Assembly: GCA_907165135.1 (NCBI GenBank)
Contig: OU015569.1
Span: forward strand, 7,936,001-8,000,000
DNA: 64,000 nt
Direction: 5' to 3'
Source of the DNA: Oikopleura dioica
Taxonomy: Eukaryota; Animalia; Chordata
The position numbers were made by a program, and so were the translations under genes. This document shows, one piece after another, positions 40,614-52,897 of this stretch. Below the pieces are notes generated by a model, which made no database searches, had not been told where the DNA came from, and saw only the letters and a list, made by a program, of their open reading frames with translations. Every line of letters begins with the position of its first letter. The first letter of the stretch is position 1.

Positions 40614-42261
40614 TTACGAGTCCCGTAACGAGTAAAAGAAAAGAAAGCCGTCTCGCGAAGTAGTCCAGATCCCATTAGAACGATTGAATATCTGCTGAAT
40701 TGGCTCGCAGTCTGCTCCTGTCAGTTCATTGTGCATAGGTCGGAGAGGCTTTTCGTCAGGGTCGTCTATTTCCAGGTCTTCTTCATGTTCGACGATGCGA
40801 AAAAGCGCAACGCCTGTAGCACCAAAGCTGATGTAGAGATCCCCTTTGAAGATACCTTCTTGAGACTGAGCTAATTGCGCAGACATGGCGTAGACAGGAT
40901 GAGGATAGAAGTACGATACCATGAAGCTAAATCCAACATTCCATTCCTCACTTTTATTCGGCTTTCGCCAAAACGTATAGATCCGTCCATCTCTACAACC
41001 TGCAATCAGGCGATCTGGCAACAACTCCATTGAGAGAACCGCTTAATCAGAATGAGCAAAAAGGACATTGAAAGACAAAACTACCGGATCGACAGAACAT
41101 TCCTGCAACGAGTTTGCCAGTAGGAAGCGATATACATTGAACGTATCCTTCCTCTGTTCCGTAAAGAGCAAAAGTAGTTTTCTTCCAAAAGTATTTTTTC
41201 GCTTCTTCGGCGGAGAATTCTGTTTCCTCGTCGTGTTGGTAAACATATAAGCAGTTGATTGAACCTACCGAAATCGTAAAAATCCCATATTCTGTAAAGA
41301 AATTACCTCTTGGGACTAATTCACTTTCCCATTCAGAAACTTGTTCGCCACTGGAACATTCCCACAGGCGTATGGTTCCATCAGTAGAAGAGCTTACGAA
41401 GTTTCTGCCGGCCTCGATGAATTCGATTTGGGTGACGCTTTCGCTGTGTCCCTTGAATCTTCTTACGATCTGACCGTCTTTGAGTCCGGCGAGGCAGATC
41501 TCATTGTGCAAAGCGAAGATGATAACTTCGCCAGACGGAAAAAATCTACCCAGATGTGGCGTTGGCTCGATGGATAGAGAAAGCTTGATTTCCCTGCTCT
41601 TTATATCGATGACTTGAATTTTCGAGAGTCCATCGGGTCCTACGTCGGAGTCGCTCGCCAGCGCAAGACTCTGAAAACATGTTTTAATAACAAAGTCAAA
41701 TTCTGCCGACCCCAATAAAAAGATCCAGCAACGCCGGTTTTAATTGGAAAGCAAGAGACCTTGGATTTGTTTCTTTAGACTAAAGGGGTAAATTGCTACT
41801 CTCGCGAAGGTTATCAGATGGTGAGAAAACGCGGAGCTGTCATCTCAAGCGTTTTCTATGATCTTGAAGAAGCAATTCGTTCCCCTTCGCAAAGTCTTAT
41901 AATTTCTCGAACTTACCTCACCAGGAGACACGTCTAGGAATCGCGCTTTGAACTGCCCATTTCCAGCTTGCAACCTTTTATCGTGGTAAATAAACGTAGC
42001 CCCCAAGTTATCGTCGAGTTCAACAGTAAGCTCGCGTCCATCTTTCGACACGTTTTCAAACTCTTGAGAAAAGAGGGTGAGCGATTCAGCTCCTCCATGC
42101 GCCCGAACACTCCCGTGGATCGAGGCCGGATCTGCTTTATCTTCTCCATAGTAAGAGACCCAGAACTTCTTGCAGGTGTCATCTTCGAGAGCTGGAAGCC
42201 AGTCGTGTTGAATACAAAATCTCGGTGCCCAGGACCAGTCCGGAAGTTTCTTTCGAGTCAT
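40614..42261 (-). CDS. PAAF1: proteasomal ATPase-associated factor 1 (WD40, Rpn14-like)
   Basis: N-terminal IQHDWLPAL (cf. IQSDW), WD40 repeats (GHSESVTQI...SSSTDGTIRLWE) and C-terminal ELTGADCEPI...WTTSRDG, matching the PAAF1 tail. Confidence 0.85.
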
Positions 42262-42319
42262 TCTGAATTCAAGTTTTTCAGATAAAGATTCTCCTCACAA
42301 TATTCCTGTATAACAGTTA

Positions 42320-43799
42320 TTATTTAAAGTCATTGTCATTTAATTCTAGCTGGTCTTCGTCTACTAGTTCTTCCTTCTTTTTATTAGCGGAGCCTACATT
42401 TATGTACATCAGGGGCTCTTTCAGAGTGACCCGATATTTGTAAGGTCGTGTGTTTTCAAACATAAACGGATATCTTTGACGGAAGAACTCGTCCACAGAC
42501 AAATCTTTGCTGGGCGAGCTGTAGACTTTGAGAGCGGCGGCTAAGAGAGAAGAAGTCGAGTTCGAGTTCTTGTCGAAGAGTGGTTCAGACGAGGTGATTC
42601 GTCGCAACGTTGGATGGAAAAGGGCTACCTCCGTGCATCCTCGGACAATCATGTAGAGAAAAATGTAGTAAGATACAACAGCAGGAATAGCAAAATAACT
42701 CTGAAAAGAGACGACGCTAGCAGCGGCTAATGAAGCCACGCTGAACGATAATATTTGTGCTGGCTGTGGTCGTAGCTGATGGGAGAGGAAGAGTCCATCT
42801 CTGATGAAATCACGGGAACGGGGCTAAACCAGATCTTACTTTCTGAAAGGGCAATAATAAACTTACTTTGACGAACTGTATTTTGACATCGCCAACGGGA
42901 TTGAAAAATATATTCTGGCAATCTTTTAAATATGCCTGTTTGGTTGTTATTCTACGGCGTATTCCGCAAGAGGAAAGTCGAAAGGCGAAAAAGTGCTGAT
43001 GCCAGCGAGAGCGCTCATTCCAAGGTCAAACGTTGCCAGTGAATCCATCCAAAGAAACGAGGAGTCGCGCATCCACGCACCACCCCCAATATCGGATTCA
43101 AGAGTCATCGCTGCCTGGCGCATCGTATAGCCTCCGATAACGAAGAGCGGAATAGGATACAAATTAGGTGCAATAATCTTTCCCGTTGTTAGTGGACCTT
43201 TGTACGCGCTTCGAAGCGTTTTTCGTCGTACTTTTTCGTCTATTGCCAGCGGGGCTGAATAAATCGTCATGTAGAAACTTTTCTGCCATCTTGAGCGCCT
43301 TTGGGTCCGTTGTTGCTTCCTTGTCATAAAAGGGATGTTTCGCGTTTTGGTGAAAAAATCGCGAGCGATAGAACAGTGAGAATATCTCATTCTTGCGATA
43401 GTCGTAATTTTGCCAGTGCAGCTGATCTCGCAGAAAGGACTCTTTTCTTCGAAGTTCTTCGTTTTCTCGGCGATAAGACAAAACAACGGCAGATGATGCT
43501 AGAAATCGGCTGCCTTATCATCCGGGTTTGTATCGCAAATCTCGTCGATGAACAAAAAGACTAAAAACCCGTTCCGATCGCGAAAAGAGCAACTCCGCCG
43601 CCAACGCCGAAGTTTGTAATGAGATTCTCGAGGACTCTTTTAGGGCTTAATTTTCTAGAGATAGACTCTGATCGAGTCAACAACAGGACCCGCGAAAAGT
43701 AGCTGCGCTATGAATAAGTATTCTAGTGATAATCGTCGAAACCCGTCTCAACCTGACAAGACTTTTGTCGCGAATCTCCCCGCGAATAAGCTTTGACAT
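42320..43799 (-). CDS. OXA1/COX18 (YidC)-like mitochondrial insertase
   Basis: Basic N-terminus, TM1 GVALFAIGTGSRFL followed by a helical region, IPLFVIGGYTMRQ...GGGAW...WMDSLATFD, and later TM segments (IPAVVSYYIFLY...FHPTLRR). It needs one frameshift near 43235, and some splice sites are tentative. Confidence 0.5.
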
Positions 43800-44169
43800 T
43801 TTTGATTCAAAAATTTAAATTTGCGAATGAGCATAATTTCATGTTTGGGAATGTCCCCTTTCCTGGAGATGTGAGATTTTGATAAAACGGTTCAAAAATG
43901 GAAACAGTCTGGAAGGCAGTCGGTGCGGTCGGGGAGCTTATCACCTCCAAACTTGAGGCAAGACAGCGCTTTCGTATAATCGAGCTGCTCGAAATTCGAA
44001 TCATCGTCTATCTCTCGGACTTGGACGCGCCTCGGCCAATCAGCGCGCCTCAACGCTGAAAGATTTCCTTTCTTCCAGCATCCATTTTCCCCTGAGATTA
44101 TCCCTGCCATGATTGTTTGAAATTCAAACTTTGAATTATCAATCGAGGAAATTTATAATTTCAGAGAAT

Positions 44170-44941
44170 ATGAATGGTTCTGTTGCGTTCGAAGACATCG
44201 AGTTTCTAAGCGAAGATGAGCTTCTCAAGATTACTCCTAAGTTTCGAGAAGCGCGACTACAAATGATCAGCGGCGAGTTCGGCCCGTTTACTCCCGGCGT
44301 CCCGCTCAAGGTCCCAGCCTGGATGGCGATCAATCTAGGTACAGTCATTAGTAGTGATCCTAGTCATTGGAAGTGCTTTAGTTCAGCGAAACTTGTGCAT
44401 TGTTCATCAACCAGCGTGGCTTAGCGTAGCCGAGCTCCAAAAGTGGTACGAGGCGGAGAAGAACGAAGAGCAGAACGCGGTGAACCCTGTTCACTACAAT
44501 TACAGGTATGTTTCGGGAGTGCCATACGTTTCTGACACAATTTCAGAGAACTGTCTCGTCTCCTGCTTCGTCATTGCCGCGACGGTTTCAAAGACGTTGA
44601 CCAGCTGGATCAGCTGATTGAAGACCTTTGGAACATTCGCGTCGCCAAGTTGCGAGTTTCCTGCCAAAACGTTCTCAAGACCCGCTGGCAGATGGAAATC
44701 GCTGACCACGGAGGAGTTTACAAGATCTCCAACTTCACCCAGTTGGAAGTCAACTTCATTCGGTAGTAACTCATAAAATCTCTTTTCGTCTCTCATCCCC
44801 GTTTTCAGACAGGCATTCCTTCACTCCCTCAAAGTCAGTTTCACGATCTCGAACAAGATCACCGACTTGGAGCAGAAATCGGCCCAGCACTTCGACGCGA
44901 CAACTATCACGAGCACTACTCTTTCTCAGAAAACTATCTAG
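44170..44941 (+). CDS. GINS2: GINS complex subunit PSF2
   Basis: IEFLSEDELLKITPKF...ISGEFGPFTPGVPLKVPAWMAINL...PAWLSV...LIEDLWNIRVAKL...NFTQLEVNFIR, with GT-AG introns. Confidence 0.93.
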
Positions 44942-45441
44942 TCTATCATTTAGCTGCCAAAATCTTTGTTCACTTGTTTCCCTACTTCAACACTTCTTCT
45001 GTATAAGTTTACCTTCCGGACAATAATCTTTAATCTTTTCAGGAATGTTTTTTCGAACTCAAACGGCGTGATTTAGATCGCGGCTTCCAACTAGTACCAA
45101 TTCATTGGATTATCGTTTGCACTCGGACTCGGGAAGTTTTCGATTGAAACGGGCTCAGCGGGAAATAAATAGATAATTATATATACCCTTTGAATGTAAG
45201 AATTCGATAATCATGAAAAATTCTAAAGTTTTTGACTGATCGCTTTTGAAGAGCAAATTTCAAAGCCTGTGAAACTGTGTGAGTTGAAAATGATCGTTGA
45301 AAAATCATCTGCGAAATGATTTTTGCGAAATTTTCGCGATTTGGGAAAGCACCGAAATTGTCTGGATGACACCTTTTTGTTCCCAGCGTGTGTCCAATGA
45401 AGTTAGACCGCCCGCGCTCTAAAAATAGAAAAGTCGGTTAG

Positions 45442-45449
45442 TTTCGCGC
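45442..45449 (+). promoter_or_regulatory. candidate E2F-binding site TTTCGCGC upstream of the chromodomain gene
   Basis: Exact TTTSSCGC consensus about 125 bp upstream of the ATG, in a GC-richer patch. Short motif, could be chance. Confidence 0.35.
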
Positions 45450-45574
45450 TCGAGCGCCACCTGTAGGCGCCTACATAAATCTCGCCTACCTATAAGAATA
45501 GTTAAAAGTTTTCTTATCTACTTTTGTTTATCGTAAAACGGACACAACGTGCGAGTGAAAGAACAATTAAAGAA

Positions 45575-46968
45575 ATGACTGAAGAAAAGAAACGCGGAAG
45601 AGGACGACCAAAGAAAACTGATATTCAAGCCTCTCAGTCAGAGGGAGAGCTCGAGTCCAACAATACCGAGCGACGTGGACGAGGAAGACCAAGGAAGTCA
45701 GATGGTCCAGGAAAGCCAAGAAGAAGCTCAACTCCAGTATCGCGATCTTCGAGCCGGGCCCCAAAGCGCGCCCCAAAGCGCAAGTCTGCGCCGGCGGACC
45801 ATGATGCTCCAAAGCGAGTGTAAGCCTCTAAAGTTTAAACAATTACTCTATCGTTAATACAGACAATCTCTAAAATTCTATTAGCCTTCGACAGCGAGAA
45901 GCCGACAAGATCGTCGAAATCGTGGACGAGAGGAAGTCGCGCGGCAACGTCCAATTCAAAGTCGTCTGGGGCGATGAGAACAAATCTCCAAGTTGGGAGC
46001 CAGAAGATAAAATTCCAGAAGAGCTGATCGAAGCCTTCCGAGAAGAGCCCGACTCCGATATCGAGTACGAAGTCGAGAAAATACTCGATACGCGCAAAAT
46101 GAAAGGCTCGATCGAGTATCTCGTACGATGGGCTGGATTCACCAGGTAAAAACTCGCTCTCGAGTCCAAATATCATTAATCGTGTCAAGTGAACACGATA
46201 CATGGGAGCCAGAGGCGAACATGCCGAAGAAAAAGGTGAAGGAGTTCAAAAAACGACAAAACAACTCTGACGAAGAAGCAGACTCCGACGATCCAGACAA
46301 GGAATATATGGTCGAGGTGATTGTCATTAATCTTTTCACAAGACGTTCACCGCTAGTTTTCAGAAAATCATCATGCGCAAAGGAGTTGGAAAGCGACGCC
46401 TCTACCGCGTGCGCTGGCTAGGTTACAGCGAGTAAGTTGATTTCAGTTGCCTCAAACTCAACCTAACGATTAAATTTAGCAAACACAACTCTTGGGAACC
46501 CGAGGAAAACCTGGCTGGCGCGAAGAGAATGCTTCGCGAATTCAATAAGGTCCAAGATGAGCGCGAGGCGAAGCAGGCCGAAAAAGAGTACGAGGTAGAG
46601 AAAATCGTCGACGAGAAGCTCATGTACAAGCGACCACACTTCCTAGTCAAGTGGAAAAACTACCATTCTGGGTGAGTCAATTTACCAACATTTCACTATT
46701 TAGAAATGCCAAGTCCACATCAAAGAGCGTGAACGCAGTTAACTTGTAATTTAGACACAACACATGGCAAGACGAGAAATCGCTTGCCGACTGCCAAGAC
46801 GCGCTGGAGAAGTGGGCAATCACCAAAGAGAAGCGCGTGGTTAGAAAGAAGGAGAACGCCGAACGTCGAGAGAAGAAGAAAATCGAGGAGAAAGCGAAAC
46901 GCGAAGAATCAAAACTCGCCAAAGCTGCTGAAAAGGCAGCGAAGAAATCCAAGACCACCACTGCCTAA
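45575..46968 (+). CDS. chromatin protein with two AT-hooks and four tandem chromodomains
   Basis: KKRGRGRPKK and RRGRGRPRK, then a degenerate chromodomain 1 and EYEVEKILD...LVRWAGF...DTWEPEANM, EYMVEKII...VRWLGY...NSWEPEENL, EYEVEKIVD...VKWKNY...NTWQDEKSL, and a K/E-rich tail. Five GT-AG introns, all frame-consistent. Confidence 0.9.
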
Positions 46969-47799
46969 AATGATGACTTCAGCGAATCGCATAACTCCAA
47001 GATTTATCCATATTATTCTTCCCTGAACGTTTTCCTTGTGGATTGCCCGGGTCGCGCCGTTAAACAAGGCACAAGTCTGCAATTTTTGATTGGGCGCGAC
47101 CCGTGCAAACTACTGTAGATAATCCTATCTCGGGTAGCGCACAGAATCCGAAAATGGGTTCCGGCGCGCCGATTCTCTCGAGGGAAACAATAGATTCCCT
47201 GTTATTAACGATCTGAAGGTGAATCCCATTATGGACGCTTTAAAGTGATCTACCCAAGAGAGGATTATCCACAGTGTGTTTCGTTTTATTCCCCCTCATG
47301 AGCCTGTCACCGTCTTTACCTTCGCGACGTGATGCCACCCGTTATCTCAATGTTGAAATATTGGGCGATACTTTTTATATTCGTTAAACTGACTGAAACA
47401 TATTCCCTGGCTGTATACCGATGATTTTTGGCATTTACCCCGACAGAAAAAGAATGATAAGCATGATATATAGTACTGATCATACTTTTGGCCCAGCCAG
47501 TCAAATTTCTCGAGAGACGTGGTGATGGCGTTCTTGGGAAAAGAGAAAAATCATCGGTACTCTTTTTCATTGCCCTTTTGAAGCAAATCAGAAGGGCCAG
47601 TCAAGTGTCAACAGTTTTGTACACTTGCTCTTTTTGCCTGAACTCTTTTTATTCCCCCGAAATAAAAGAAAAAGCTTAAAAAAGTTGCCTTTTCGATTCT
47701 CTGCATATCAGACATGCATATACAGTATATGATATACTGCATAAGAAGACGTCAATTGTCAGTTTATTCGGTTTATTTTCAATCGTTTTTATTGATTAT

Positions 47800-49064
47800 C
47801 TAAGCTTGACAGAAAGTTTCCTCGCAATTGTCGTCTTCGAAGCACAGTTCGTTATCTCCGTTGCAATAGTTGACGTTGATCTCGAGTGATTCTGTGAACT
47901 GGTCGAAGCGCTCAGAAATAGAAGCCAGGATCTGTTCCTGGTAGTACGCTAAAAAAGTATAAACTGGTGCGTATTACCAGAGAGCTCACCATTGCAGGCA
48001 TAGTGCATCAACTTCTCGGTGTACTTGTTGTACTGCTCGAGAATGAACTCGTAGTAGAAGGTCTGGACGTCAACTTCACTCTTTATGTCCATCATCGCGC
48101 AGTAAAGGCAGTCCATTCGCCAGGCGTTGCGGTTCGCGTGGTTCTTCACAATCTTCAGTTCATCGTTCATATTGTTGTTGATTGCACTCAAACCAGCAAT
48201 TTCAATGTCGATTACTTCGGGAGTCGACCGTTCTGCATCTCGCGCAATTCTAAATTTAATTTAAGACGAGGACATTATGGAGAGTGACACCTTGGATTGA
48301 CAGGATGGGCAAACTTGGGATTGTTGCTGATTTCAATCCAAGGACTCGACTCGACCAAATCGCAGTAGCACTCCTTCAGGTCATTATTACTGTCACCGAA
48401 TCTTGGGTCACCGCATTCGCTTTTGTCAGTTTCTCCGTTGTAAAATCGCGTTGCTTGTAATAGTAACATTCTCGCCATTTTGTCTGTACTTACTTTGCGT
48501 CGCTCTGTCGTCGTAACCTGCATCATAAAAATACTGACTCTGAAGCTGGATTTTAAAATCACAGCCAGTCACTTCTGCGCCAAACCATTCATCGTAAGGC
48601 TTGAAGACGGACTCACCACCATTGTTACAATTTTTAAATTGATCTTTATCGTTGAAGTCTGGTCGCGAATTCTCTTCTCGATCTAGGTATTCGACCTCGA
48701 ACTTCTCATAGTCGGCGAGCAAATCCAACATATCTGTGGGATTATCATAGGGATTCGAGAAGCAGTCCTCAAATCCGTTAGAACCAGGTCAATCTACAGA
48801 GCTTACTTTTGAATTGATTTGTGGCCATGTACACGAGTTTGCCCCACAATTGTCTGCAGCCCACAATTTTACGTCATTTGCGTCTTGCCAAGCATCCCAG
48901 CAAGTTCCTCCATAAATAGGCGCATTAGCATCAGAGTCAAGAGGAAGGCATGAATCCTGTGACACATGTTCGATTCTAGTACTTTCGTTTCTCTCTTTTA
49001 AGTTCCTAATTCGAACAAGTTCCTTAGCTGCAAAAGCTGCACCGACGAGAGCGAAACTCTTCAT
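47800..49064 (-). CDS. secreted acidic Cys-containing protein of unknown function
   Basis: Signal MKSFALVGAAFAA and consecutive exons with GT-AG introns, ending NYCNGDNELCFEDDNCEETFCQA*. Confidence 0.7.
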
Positions 49065-49368
49065 CTCGGATATCAGGAGAAAATCAAGAGAATTGGGAAA
49101 AAGAAACTATCATCCCGATCATAGGGAAGGCACAGCTGGCCACCTTCCCACACAATGCAAATAGCTTCAACGATATATTTTCCTTTAGCGTGCTCATCCG
49201 GTTAACAACTGCCCTCCTGATACCTATCAATCTTTGAAAATATCATGGAGGATATTATTGGTAAGCGATTTATTTAATAATCGTATTCGGGTAAGGTGAA
49301 GTTGAGAACAGCTTGCAATAAGGTGATAGATGCTGTGTGTCAAAAAGAATACTTGGAAAACAGCTATT

Positions 49369-50169
49369 TCAGTTTCTCTTCGACTTCTTCGTGCGATAAA
49401 GGACTTTTGAACTGTCTATGTACTTTTCAAAGTGGTCTGAATCGAAGTCAGAGGCGTCACTGAATTCAAATAACGGGTGATCTCCGGACGGGTCGTGTAT
49501 GCATGGACCTTTCTCTTTGTCCTCTGCGTCTCTACCAGCGGTTCTATTTTAGTAAAGACAAGAGATGAAACTAGATATTGGAGAAAAATTTAACCGCTCC
49601 TGCCCGGCTTCTCTGGCGGGGTAATTTCTTCTAGAGTTTCTACTTCACTTTCTTCCAAGAGGAAAGTTTCTTCTTCCTCCTCCTCACTCTCTTCGGAAGG
49701 AGACGAAGAAGAATTGTCAAAGGACGGAAGGGGCTTTGTGCTCTTTCTTTGAAGTTTCTTGAGTTTCTTGTCAAGTTTGTTTTTCAGCTCCTTCATTTTT
49801 TCCTGCATTTCATCTCCTCCGCCTCTTTGTTTACCTCGGAGAGTTTTATCATATCCACGAATTCCTTAACGGCTTTCTTGTGCATTTTCTTCTGCGTTTC
49901 AAAGATTTCCTCGAACTCTTTACGCTCTTCTTCCAGTGTTCTCATTTTGGCATGAGAAAAGCAGTTTTCAAAAGAAAGAAGGAAATATAGATTCTATAAT
50001 ATCGAAGAAATGCTCACGCTTTCCTTATGCATTTAAGGCCGGTTTCGTATTCACAGAATTCGAAAACTCTTCCGTCCGAAAGATTCCGTCCAGCTCTAAG
50101 ATTTTCTTTCATCACAGCTCGGCTTTCGTAACAGCTTCTGGACTTACAGCGATTGTTGTTTCTTGACAT
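49369..50169 (-). CDS. orphan coiled-coil protein, paralogue B
   Basis: TTTAAG|T-ATG start MSRNNNRCKSRSCYESRAVMKE, a coiled coil, an acidic patch and C-terminal GPCIHDPSGDHPLFEFSDASDFDS. It needs one frameshift at an A6 run (49796-49801). Confidence 0.6.
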
Positions 50170-50273
50170 ACTTAAATTTACATAACTGTTAGCGTGTGTA
50201 TCGTAAAAGGAGCTCAGATGATAAATGGATGTTGCAGTTAGCTAGAGTAAAATAAGGCGCACGCGAAAAGACA

Positions 50274-51151
50274 CTACTTTGTCTTCTTCTTTGTTTGTGA
50301 CTTTGTCTTTCGTTTAGGCGGCTGCTCATTTTGCTTCTTCTCCTTTTTCTTCTGCTTCTCCTCTTCCCGTTTCTTCTCCTCCCGTTCCTTGAGCTTCTGC
50401 TGCTTGCTCTCAAAAGATCTTCGACGGTAGAGAGTTTTCTCCTCGGCTTCGAAGGATTCTAGTTCAGCCGAGTCGAAGGAATCGGCTTCACTGAACTCGA
50501 AGTGAGGGTGGTCTCCATCTGCGCTGTGAATGCAAGGGCCAATTTCGCTGGTTCTTGTTAATCAAAAAATTCGATAAGTTTGTCAATTGTGAAAAAACTC
50601 TTAAGAATTGTTAACGTTTCCTGAGGTCGACAGATCCTTCATTTATTGAGTTACTTTCTTCGACACTTTTATCTCCATCCTTTGGGATCCCGTGGTCTGC
50701 GAGCGCTTGTTCCAAGGCGGCTAATTCGGATTTTAGTGAGGCGATTTTCTTCTTGTATCGAGCGTTCTCGTCCTCCCGTCTCTTCTCTGAGATTTTGAGT
50801 TCTCGAATATAACTATTCCTGTACTGTTCATACGTGGTTCTCTGTGTCTCGGTCATTTGATTCAACCTGTCCCTCTCCTCTGAGAGCACACTTTTTCGAG
50901 TGACAAGATTGAGCGCTTACAAAACCAATACAAATGATAGCTCTCTTCACTCCTTCCTGCGAAGACGTTGTGCGTTGTTCAACTCATTTTGAGTGTCGAG
51001 GCTAACCAAGATTCTGCCAGCTTCTGCCTTTTCAGAGTTCCGAATCCGGCAAACAATGATAGATAAAACTAGGGATTTCGAACTACGGATCCTGTTCTCG
51101 TAACATTGCTCTGGCACACCATTGGTTACAAGGTGCTTCTCTCGGCGCCAT
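50274..51151 (-). CDS. orphan coiled-coil protein, paralogue A
   Basis: TTCAG|ACT-ATG start MAPREAPCNQWCARAMLRE, a coiled coil (ORF 50611-50889) and GPCIHSADGDHPHFEFSEADSFDS followed by a K/E-rich tail. Confidence 0.6.
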
Positions 51152-52897
51152 AGTCTGAATATAACAAAGGATAATAAAACTGAGTTTGTTCGATATGCTA
51201 GAGTTCTCTGTGATAGAAATAGTAAACCATTTTTTTTAATAAGGAAAAGTGAAAATATCACACAGCGCGGCAATTACGGACTTGTCAGATCGCGAGTGCA
51301 GATTTTTCACACATCGTAGGCGGGTCAATTTGAATTTTCATAGGTTTTCTCGACAATGTTTGATTATTCTACGACTCGTAGCTAATAGCTCTTAGAATTT
51401 GCAATAATAGCTCTTTCAAAATCCGGCCATTAGTTCGCTGCACTCGTCTATGTAGTCAATTTCTTATTGGCGGAATAGTCTCATGTGCTCGATAAATTGT
51501 AATCCGATTGGCTGACAGCCACAGTATTTCACTTTTGCTGAAGTTGCATCTCTAATTCTCATTCGAACCGGCATTGTAGCGACAAAAATGGCGATAGGCA
51601 ACGGAGGAGCGATATGAATTGCGTCGACAGTTTCCCACGGAGTGGGCGTCCTCTGATCGGCAGCGCCCTCATTGCGCCGGCCTCTCGCTCTTTCTTCCAC
51701 AATGCTTCAGTCAGAGAGTTTGAGGTTTAGCTGAAAGGTAAAAATTAATATCTTCGTTTTCGTTAATCATGTCTCAAGTCCCCTAAATGTCCGATGTCAA
51801 TGGTACCGATGCTCATATCAGATCTCTTGGAGTTCGTCCTTCGTTTGGATTACTAATATTATGACTTTACCTAATTATTATCAGTTTTTGTCAATAACAT
51901 AGAAGTGGAAAGTAATCCCTATCTTGAGCCGTCCTGGTTACACGATGACCAGCAAAATTTCAGCGATCCGGCGAACAACATCCACGGTACCACTAACACG
52001 ACGACATAATTTCATAAGGGGCGCCTATTCTTCAAGTAATTTTCAGTACTCTTTTACAGTGCTAATGTTTAATTTAGATTCAAGAACCCCGATTTGGCAA
52101 TCCAAATTTATTATAACGATTCCCCGCACCACCAGGCAACCGCACCATTTGGAGTGGTTCCCTGAGGACCCGACTTTAGGGTGGCCCGGTTAGACTCCGT
52201 GGCACTTTTTGCATCCTATCTTTTTGATGGGATGTAGTTGACTCTCAGGCGTTTTGCGATTTTAACGATGAAACACAGCAAACGAATCAAACATTAATCC
52301 GCTCTATCAACAAACAAATGAAGTCTTCAAGTCTACACTGCACAACTACCTCAGCAATCAAACTTCTCGCAAAAACCTCTGAACTCAGCAAAACGTTTAC
52401 AAAAGACAAAACCTGCAAACAAGGAAAGGTTTTCAATGAGAACTTAAAGACTTCTGCAAACTTGCTTGCAAGGAACCTTCTCTAAGACCCTTTCCTGTAC
52501 AACATACAGCGTCTCTCCCCATAGAAGTTCTGTGGGGCAAGCTTCAAAGGCAAATCCTCAGCCGAATTCTGTTTCGACAAGAAGATTCAAGATTTCCATG
52601 GCTGATGCAAAATTCAAGTCTGTCCGTCTTCATTTTATTCTGCATCTTTAGCTTGATTTCGATCTAGTTCAATTCCTGTACCTGACATAGCAGAATAAAG
52701 TTAAGTAATCAAGTATAAATAGTATTTAGTAGCACACTAACAATGTGACACTATCCGTGTAATAACTTTACTCTCTTGCAGGATGTTTTATTCATTTGAG
52801 ATTCATAAAAAGCAGGGCAGAATACAAGCTCGTCTTTAAACAGTTACTGAACAACTGAAATTTTTGGCAAACTGATACTATTTACTGAAAAAATATC

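Noticed and set aside
51464-52660. Short ORFs between paralogue A and OACYL
   Set aside because: All frames are interrupted by stops, and no homology or splice model was found.
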